NCBI GenBank assembly: GCA_963814585.1
Contig: CAWFDF010000004.1
Coordinates: 512,001 to 576,000 of the forward strand
Direction: 5' to 3'
From: an uncultured delta proteobacterium
Lineage (GTDB): Bacteria > Myxococcota > Myxococcia > Myxococcales > Anaeromyxobacteraceae
Length of the DNA stretch: 64,000 nt
Shown: positions 57,582 through 64,000 of the stretch, in pieces
Position numbering within the stretch: the stretch's first letter is position 1
Layout of the letters: every line of letters begins with the position of its first letter
The notes under the pieces: model-generated
Told to the model about the DNA's origin: nothing
What the model saw: only the letters and a program-made list of their open reading frames with translations
Databases searched by the model: none
Position numbers and translations under genes: made by a program

Positions 57582-57777
57582 GCCGCCAGGACTGGCGTCC
57601 CCTCGCGGGTCACGGCGGCGGGCTCGGCCACTGCGCGATCTGGTGCCGTGAGCCAGCTGGCTCGTGTTGTCTGACGGTCCACCCGGATACGCCCCGATCG
57701 GGGTGCGGCAGTTGTATCCATCGACCGCCCGTCGCCATACTTCGGCGGCTTCCCCACCTGCTCCCACGAGGTCCCAC

Positions 57778-60165
57778 ATGCCATACGCAAAGGCGCTCGC
57801 TGCTTGTCTGCTGGTGCTGACGGCGTCGGCCGCGCTCGCGGCCAAGCCTCATGCCTCGAAGCCGAAAGACACCAAGGTGACGATCATCCGTGACGAGTAC
57901 GGCGTGCCTCATCTCTATGCCGACACCCTGGCGCCGCTCTTCTACGGCGTCGGGTGGGCGCAGGGCCAGGACCGCCTCTGGCAGGCGGAGACCCTGCGGC
58001 GGGCCTCGACCGGGACGCTCGCCGAGTGGTTCGGCCCCGGATCGATCGCCAGCGACGTCCAGGCACGCACCATGTTCGGGCCGCCGAGCCGCCGGGCCGC
58101 CCTGCTCGACGGGGCGAGCCGCGACGTGAAGGTCATGTTCGAGTCGTTCGCGGCAGGGATGAACGGCTGGATCGCCGAGGCGACCGCGACCGGCCAGCTG
58201 CCGTACGAGTACGCGGCGTTCGGCGTGGCCCCGCGCCCCTGGACCGTGGACGACTCGCTGGCGGTCTACATGCTGCTGGGGAGCCGCTTCGGCTGGTTCG
58301 GATCCGACGAGCTCGACAACGCCATGGCCTATGGCGACCTGGTGGCCCGCCTGGGGCCGGAGGAGGCCGCCAGGGCCTTCGCCGACACCCACTGGCTCGA
58401 GGACCCGAGCGCCGTCACCACCGATCCGGCCGAGCGACGCCACGGCCACCATCGCGGCGACGGCCACGGCGAGGCGCGCCACTCCGACGACGCGGCCAGG
58501 GCCGGGCGCGACGCCCGCGAGCGCGAGGACGAGGTGGAGAAGGCCCGCTCCCAGGTCGGCCTCCGCCGGACCCACATGTCGAACGCCATCGTCCTCGGCC
58601 CGCGGATGTCGGCCGACGGGAAGCCGCTGCTGCTGGGCGGCCCGCAGATGGGCTACGGCGCCCCCCAGATCAACCACGAGATGGGGCTGCACGGCGCCGG
58701 CTTCGAGGTCACCGGCATGCAGATCGCCGGGTGGCCGCTCATCCCCATCGGCGTCGGCCGCGGCTACGCCTGGTCGCTCACCTCGGGCGGGTCGGACAAC
58801 TCGGACATCTTCGAGCTCGAGCTGAACCCCGCCAACCCCGGCCAGTACCGCTACCAGGGCGCCTGGCGGAACCTCGACTGCCGCGTGGAGGCGATCCCGG
58901 TGGCCGGCCAGGCGCCGGTGAGCCAGACCCTGTGCGCCTCGGTCCAGGGCCCGCTGATCGCCGCCGCGGGCGCCAAGGCCTACGCCTTCCGGAACACCAC
59001 CTTCGGCAACGAGATGACGACCTTCGAGGCCTGGAGCTCGCTCGGCCGGGTCCGCAACTTCGCCCAGTTCCGAAAGCAGCTCTCCCAGGTGGCCCACAAC
59101 TTCAACGTCATGTACGCCGACGACCAGGGGAACTTCGCCCACTTCCACATCGGCAGGATCCCGGTGCGCGCGCCCGGCGCCAACCCGTTCTTCCCGCAGC
59201 CCGGCGATGGCAGCTCGGACTGGCAGGGGACGATCCCCTTCGCGGACATGCCGCACTCGGTGAACCCGGAGAAGGGCTGGCTGACCAGCTGGAACAACAA
59301 GCCCGGCCCGGACTGGCCGAACTCGTCGGCGGGCTTCTGGGACTGGGGGCCGGTGCACCGGGTGAACACGCTGCGGCGGATCCTCGAGCAGCTCCCCCCC
59401 CACTCGGCGACGCTCGGCACGCTGGCCGCCATCAACCGCCAGGCCGGCTTCACCACCGACTCGCCGTCGGGCAGCGCCGACACGGTGATCGTCTCCACCA
59501 TGCTCGACCAGATGCTCGACGCGGTGGACGCCTCGGCGGACCCGCGGCTCCCCGGGGCCATCGCGCTGCTGCGTGGCTGGAACTGGCTCCAGGAGGACGA
59601 GGATGGCGACGGCCACTACGACAGCCCGGCGGTGGCCGTGTTCAACACCTGGTGGGACCAGGTCGTCTCCTCCGTGCTCCTGCCCAAGCTCGGGCCGGCC
59701 GCCGACTCCACCGTCTGCGGCAACCTGGTGTACCGGCTCCTCGAGGGCGACCGGGCGGCGCTGCCGGTGCAGGCCGACTACCTCGGCGCGCGGACCATCG
59801 GCGAGGCGCTCACCGGCGGCCTGCGGGACGCCCTCGACGCGCTGACGGCGCAGTACGGCACGGCCACCACGTCGGAGTGGCTGCAGGCACGGGCCGAGAT
59901 CCACTGGACTCCGGGCGGGATCGGCTCGGTCTCCAACACCATCTGGATGAACCGCGGGACCTATGGCCAGCTGGTCCACCTCGGCAAGAAGGACCACCTC
60001 CGCGCCGTGAACGTCATCGCGCCGGGGCAGAGCGGTGACTTCCGGAGCCCGCACTTCGACGACCAGCTCGACCTCTACGCCACCTGGACCTACAAGCCGA
60101 TGCGGCTCACCAGGAAGGCGCAGCTGGAGAACGCCGAGTCGGTCACCACCCTCTCGATGCCCTGA
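57778..60165 (+). CDS. Penicillin acylase family Ntn-hydrolase (secreted)
   Basis: IIRDEYGVPH, QDRLWQ, beta-chain start SNAIVLG...GGPQMG, NVMYAD, SWNNKP, PGQSG, DQLDLY. Confidence 0.92.
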   Translation: MPYAKALAACLLVLTASAALAAKPHASKPKDTKVTIIRDEYGVPHLYADTLAPLFYGVGWAQGQDRLWQAETLRRASTGTLAEWFGPGSIASDVQARTMFGPPSRRAALLDGASRDVKVMFESFAAGMNGWIAEATATGQLPYEYAAFGVAPRPWTVDDSLAVYMLLGSRFGWFGSDELDNAMAYGDLVARLGPEEAARAFADTHWLEDPSAVTTDPAERRHGHHRGDGHGEARHSDDAARAGRDAREREDEVEKARSQVGLRRTHMSNAIVLGPRMSADGKPLLLGGPQMGYGAPQINHEMGLHGAGFEVTGMQIAGWPLIPIGVGRGYAWSLTSGGSDNSDIFELELNPANPGQYRYQGAWRNLDCRVEAIPVAGQAPVSQTLCASVQGPLIAAAGAKAYAFRNTTFGNEMTTFEAWSSLGRVRNFAQFRKQLSQVAHNFNVMYADDQGNFAHFHIGRIPVRAPGANPFFPQPGDGSSDWQGTIPFADMPHSVNPEKGWLTSWNNKPGPDWPNSSAGFWDWGPVHRVNTLRRILEQLPPHSATLGTLAAINRQAGFTTDSPSGSADTVIVSTMLDQMLDAVDASADPRLPGAIALLRGWNWLQEDEDGDGHYDSPAVAVFNTWWDQVVSSVLLPKLGPAADSTVCGNLVYRLLEGDRAALPVQADYLGARTIGEALTGGLRDALDALTAQYGTATTSEWLQARAEIHWTPGGIGSVSNTIWMNRGTYGQLVHLGKKDHLRAVNVIAPGQSGDFRSPHFDDQLDLYATWTYKPMRLTRKAQLENAESVTTLSMP

Positions 60166-60174
60166 GCGGGCCGG

Positions 60175-60202
60175 CGCGGCGCGTCCTCCGGGGCGCGCCG
60201 CG
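60175..60202. terminator. Hairpin between the convergent acylase and MFS genes
   Basis: CGCGGCGCGTCC-TCCG-GGGCGCGCCGCG, 12-bp stem. Confidence 0.6.
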
Positions 60203-60229
60203 ACCGGGCGCCCCTCGTTCGTGCCGCCA

Positions 60230-61444
60230 TCAACCCGCGGCGCCGCCGCGGGACGGCCTGGGCAGGAGCGCGCTCACCAGGATGGCGGCGGCGGCGAAGG
60301 CCGCCGCCATGAGGAAGCTGGAGGAGAAGCTGCCGCTTCGCTCGGCGAGGATCCCGGCCACCGCCGGCCCCGCCACCTGGCCGAGCCCGAAGAAGAAGGT
60401 GATGAAGCCGAAGGCGCCGAGGGCGCGCGCCGGCCCGACCTGGTCGGTGACCGCGGCGATCATGATGGTGGGGATGGACCAGGCGGCGAAGCCGAAGAGC
60501 CCGATGGACAGGTGCAGGAAGACCCTCGGCAGGTCGCCGGCGGCGAAGAGGTAGGCGATCAGCTGGACCGCGAAGACGGCCATCAGGCCGGCCCGCCGGC
60601 CGCGACGGTCGGAGAGGGCCCCGAAGACCGGGCCCGAGAGCAGCGACAGCAGCCCGACCCAGGACCAGAAGCGGCCCGCCTCCACCTCGGAGAAGCCTCG
60701 CTCGCGCACCAGCGAGGTCACGATGAAGGTCACGTAGATGGCATAGGTGTAGCCGAAGAGGGCGTAGGCCAGCCCGAGCAGCCAGATCGGCCTGCTCCTC
60801 GCCGTGGCCACCTGCGCCGCGGCGGGGCGGAGCGGCGCCCCGGCCGGCACGGCCGGGGCCGGTGGATCCCGCAGCAGCAGCGCGGCGATCACGGCGATGG
60901 CGCCCACCGCCCCGGCGAGCAGGAACCAGTTGGTGCGCCACCCGTCCGCGCCGTACCGCCCGTTCACCCAGGGGATGAGCGCCCCCGACGCGATGATGGC
61001 GAAGCCGCTGCCGATGGAGGCGAAGCCGGCGGCCCGGCCGCGCCCGCTGCTGTCGAACCAGCGCGCGATGAGCCCCATCACCGGGACGTTGGCGGAGCCG
61101 CTCCCGAAGCCGGTGACGGCATAGAGCGCCACCACGGCCGGAAAGGTGGCGGCCCGGCTCACCAGCAGCATCGAGGCGGCGATGGCCAGCAGGGCCAGGA
61201 CCACCAGGCGGCGCGCCCCGATGCGCGCGGCGAGCGGGCCGGCGGAGACCACGGCGGCCAGGTAGCCCAGGAAGTTGGCGGTGCCGATGGTGCCGCACTG
61301 GGTGTAAGAGAGCGAGAGCCCCGCCGCCATGGAGGGCAGCAGCATGCCGAGCGCGAAGCGGCCGAGGCCGAGGCAGGCGAAGATCGTCAGCGTGCCGGTG
61401 CCGACGATCACCCAGGCGTAGCGACGGGCCGGCCACGGAGCCAT
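60230..61444 (-). CDS. MFS transporter (YbfB/YjiJ-like)
   Basis: GLGRFA...LLPSM, ANFLGYL, GALSDRRGRR motif A, about 12 TM helices. Confidence 0.88.
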   Translation of the reverse strand: MAPWPARRYAWVIVGTGTLTIFACLGLGRFALGMLLPSMAAGLSLSYTQCGTIGTANFLGYLAAVVSAGPLAARIGARRLVVLALLAIAASMLLVSRAATFPAVVALYAVTGFGSGSANVPVMGLIARWFDSSGRGRAAGFASIGSGFAIIASGALIPWVNGRYGADGWRTNWFLLAGAVGAIAVIAALLLRDPPAPAVPAGAPLRPAAAQVATARSRPIWLLGLAYALFGYTYAIYVTFIVTSLVRERGFSEVEAGRFWSWVGLLSLLSGPVFGALSDRRGRRAGLMAVFAVQLIAYLFAAGDLPRVFLHLSIGLFGFAAWSIPTIMIAAVTDQVGPARALGAFGFITFFFGLGQVAGPAVAGILAERSGSFSSSFLMAAAFAAAAILVSALLPRPSRGGAAG

Positions 61445-61479
61445 GCGCCGGCAGTGTACGGCTGGAGGCGCCGAAGATC

Positions 61480-62418
61480 CTAGGGATGCCGGGGTCGGGC
61501 TGCCCGCTCCTTCACCCTCAGGACCAGGACCGTCCCGGCCAGCACCAGCACCATCCCGGCCACGGCCGGCGGCGTCCACCGGTAGCCCTCGAAGAGCGTG
61601 GAGGCCAGCATGGCCACCACCGGGATGACGACCGTGGTGTAGCCGGCCCGCCCGGCGCCGATTCGCTGGAGGAGGGTGAGGTAGCTGACGAAGGCCACCA
61701 CCGAGCCGAGGATGGCCAGGTAGAGGAGCGAGAGGAGGTAGGGCGCCCGGGCGTCGAAGGCGAAGGGGACGCCTCGCAGGGCGCACCACCCCATGACCAG
61801 CAGCGCGGCATACCCCATGGCGAAGGCGGTGCCGGGCACCACGGCCACCCCGCGGCCGAAGAGCCGCTGGGAGTAGAGGTTGCCACCCGCCGCCACCAGG
61901 CTGCCGGCCACGGCGTAGGCGACTCCGACCAGCAGCCCGGCGTCGCCGCGCAGGCCGGCCAGCTCGGGCCAGAAGAGCAGGCCGACGCCAGAGACGCCCA
62001 GCACCGCGCCGACGACGACCGCGGCCGGCGCCGGCGCCCCGAAGAAGACCCGGGCGCCCAGCAGGTTCCAGAACACCATGAAGGCGAACAGAACCGCCAC
62101 CAGGCCCGAGGTCAGGGAGGCCTCGGCCCGGTAGACCAGGACGTAGTTGAGCCCGAAGAGCAGCAGGCCGAGGACCGCGAAGCCCAGGTGGTCGCGGCCG
62201 CCGTAGCGGAGCGGGATCCGGCGCAGCCCGCACCAGGCGAGCAGCAGCGCCGAGGCCACCGCGAAGCGCCAGGCCACCGAGACCTCGGGCTCGACCAGCC
62301 CGAGCTGGAACTTGATGACCAGCCAGGTGGTGCCCCAGATGAAGGACGGGATGGCGAAGAGCAGCAGGCCGCTGGCGCCGGGCGGGCGGGTGGTGCCGCT
62401 GGGCGGGGCGGGATTCAA
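61480..62418 (-). CDS. DMT/EamA family transporter
   Basis: IWGTTW, YLAILGSVVAF, IGAGRAGY, STLFEGY. Start uncertain (TTG at 62418). Confidence 0.88.
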   Translation of the reverse strand: MNPAPPSGTTRPPGASGLLLFAIPSFIWGTTWLVIKFQLGLVEPEVSVAWRFAVASALLLAWCGLRRIPLRYGGRDHLGFAVLGLLLFGLNYVLVYRAEASLTSGLVAVLFAFMVFWNLLGARVFFGAPAPAAVVVGAVLGVSGVGLLFWPELAGLRGDAGLLVGVAYAVAGSLVAAGGNLYSQRLFGRGVAVVPGTAFAMGYAALLVMGWCALRGVPFAFDARAPYLLSLLYLAILGSVVAFVSYLTLLQRIGAGRAGYTTVVIPVVAMLASTLFEGYRWTPPAVAGMVLVLAGTVLVLRVKERAARPRHP

Positions 62419-62656
62419 GTCGGGAGGCCTTCCGTGAGAGGGACCACATCGTAGCCCGGCTGGGGGACGCGGGTAGCTTCCCCCGTCCGGGTGTGGCTTC
62501 CTTCGGATGAACCGCACGGGGCGATCTCAAGGTGGCTTGGGACCGCTGCGGCCCAAGGTCGAGACGAAGACCCCGGGTCGTCGCGAGAGGTAATGTCACC
62601 ATGCGGTAGCGTGACAGCATGATCGGCGCTTCTTGACTCAACGAGGCTGACCCCAC

Positions 62657-63505
62657 ATGGCGAAGAAGCGTCACCACTTCTCGGTCCGGACACGTGGAGG
62701 AGCATCAGGACCCGAGGATGAACCTGCCTTCCTGCCAGAGGTTGGACCGCGTCCCGGCGCGCGGTTCTACCAGGCCGAGTACCTCACGGCGCGCAGGCAC
62801 CTCGACAATCACGGAGGGGTCAACCTGGTCAGCGTCCTGGAGCTGGGCCGTCAGGCGCAAGGCTGGCTGACAGGCGAGGTGGGGATGGTGTGGGACCGGC
62901 CCGAGGTGCCTCGCGTGGCGTGCCTGGAGGACTGCGCCTGGTGCTGTTCACTTGCGGTGTCGGCGTGGCCCCTGGAGCTGATCGCCCTTGCCTCCTGGCT
63001 CGAGGAGCGCCGCAGTCCCCACGAGCTCGCGGAACTGCGGGTCCGGCTTCGCGCCGCGGTGGTCGAAGGCGATCGGCAGCGGGCCGCGGCCCCCAGCCGG
63101 GCCCGACGCGTCGCTTGCCCACTTCTCGCAGGAGCGAAGTGTAGTGCCTACGAAATGCGGCCGGCGGCGTGTGTCGGCTGGAACTCGGCGAACGCCTCGA
63201 CATGCCAAGCCTACACGGAAGGCGACGATGAAGCTCACTGCACCGTGGAGCCGCTCCGCTTCTTCTCCGCGCGGGCCGTGTCGGAGGCGGCCGCCGCGGC
63301 CGTGGCAGACTGCGGGGGCCCGGCCTTCGACAGCTCCGGGAATGGCCCGGGCGGCCCGCTGGACCTGTCGTCCGGCCTCCTGGCCGTGCTCGAGCTCGGG
63401 TCGGTCGGGGCGGCCGAGGCGTGGCTGGCTGGCTCGCCATTCCTCGCCGCGGCGCGAGAGCGAATGGAGCGGCCGCCGCCGTTCACCCCACAAGATGCAG
63501 GGTAG
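62657..63505 (+). CDS. YkgJ-like CxxxCxxCC Zn/Fe-chelating protein
   Basis: CLEDCAWCC, CPLL...CSAYEMRPAAC. Confidence 0.78.
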   Translation: MAKKRHHFSVRTRGGASGPEDEPAFLPEVGPRPGARFYQAEYLTARRHLDNHGGVNLVSVLELGRQAQGWLTGEVGMVWDRPEVPRVACLEDCAWCCSLAVSAWPLELIALASWLEERRSPHELAELRVRLRAAVVEGDRQRAAAPSRARRVACPLLAGAKCSAYEMRPAACVGWNSANASTCQAYTEGDDEAHCTVEPLRFFSARAVSEAAAAAVADCGGPAFDSSGNGPGGPLDLSSGLLAVLELGSVGAAEAWLAGSPFLAAARERMERPPPFTPQDAG

Positions 63506-63562
63506 GTGGAAGACTGGTCGGGGATAGGATGGTGGCAGGCCCCTCGGGAGCGCCGCCGATCA

Positions 63563-64000
63563 TCACCCGTGCGTGACCCGCATGTAGAGCAGCGGCAGCT
63601 TCTCGGGGAGGCGACCGATGTGGTCGACGACCATGTAGTTCCTCTCTCCGAAGATCTGCTTCACGTAGTCGTCCGCCTTGGGGTCCAGCGTCATGCAGAA
63701 GGTGTGGACCCCTTGCCTGGCCAGGGACTGGACCGCCTTCCTGGTGTCAGCCCTCAGGTACCTGGGATCGCGAACGTCGATGTCAGACGGCTCGCCGTCG
63801 GTGATCAGCAGCACGAGCTTGCGCGCAGACCGCCTGAGCTTCAGGAACTGACCGGCGTGACGCAGCGCAGCGCCCATCCGGGTCGACAGCCTCCCGCGCA
63901 TGCCCGCGAGCCGCTCCTTGGCGGCGTCGTCGTAGGGCCGGTCGAAGTCCTTGAGCCGGAAGTACTCGACCTCGTGTCGCCCGTTCGAGGAGAAGCCATG
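63563..64000 (-). CDS. cbbO: C-terminal VWA domain of a CbbO/NorD-family protein, CbbO-like (5' end outside the window)
   Basis: HGFSSNGRHEVEYFRLKDFD, STRMGAALRHA, TDGEPSDIDVRDPRYLRAD, TLDPKADDYV, LPEKLP. Confidence 0.75.
   Translation of the reverse strand, partial: HGFSSNGRHEVEYFRLKDFDRPYDDAAKERLAGMRGRLSTRMGAALRHAGQFLKLRRSARKLVLLITDGEPSDIDVRDPRYLRADTRKAVQSLARQGVHTFCMTLDPKADDYVKQIFGERNYMVVDHIGRLPEKLPLLYMRVTHG

Noticed and set aside
62419..62656. Possible tRNA or attachment site at the composition shift
   Set aside because: Only short hairpins; no cloverleaf, T-loop consensus or integrase.

Overview
Very GC-rich window that looks like a Myxococcota genome, most likely Anaeromyxobacter-like. 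This is inferred from an Oar-type TonB locus, AglZ/FrzS-like and FrgA-like proteins, and a MYXO-CTERM sorting tag. The left half (1-27 kb) is mostly conserved-looking: an Oar-like TonB-dependent transporter divergent from tonB-exbB-exbD-exbD, an RluA-family gene, yhbY, a DnaJ/TPR protein, methylmalonyl-CoA mutase, biotin carboxylase/BCCP/pccB, plsC, csp, FKBP, rsmE, prmA and a coiled-coil pseudo-response regulator. The right half (27-64 kb) is accessory and rich in cell-surface genes: a ~1840-aa 14xFN3 lipoprotein with a terminal metallophosphoesterase, a ~2140-aa Ig/MBG/LamG adhesin, a PgcA-like extracellular cytochrome with TSP1-like repeats, beta-barrels, lipoproteins, hydrolases and transporters. 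It ends in the 3' part of a CbbO-type VWA gene. About 12 single-base indels break otherwise intact genes and are most likely long-read assembly errors. I found no rRNA, tRNA, CRISPR array or transposase. Best leads: (1) a biotin carrier whose biotinylated Lys is replaced (EALRM), in a locus that also carries an atypical PccB; (2) a Rubisco-activase-type cbbO in a myxobacterium; (3) the PgcA-like cytochrome; (4) two giant stalked surface proteins. All family calls come from motif recognition by eye, not from database searches.
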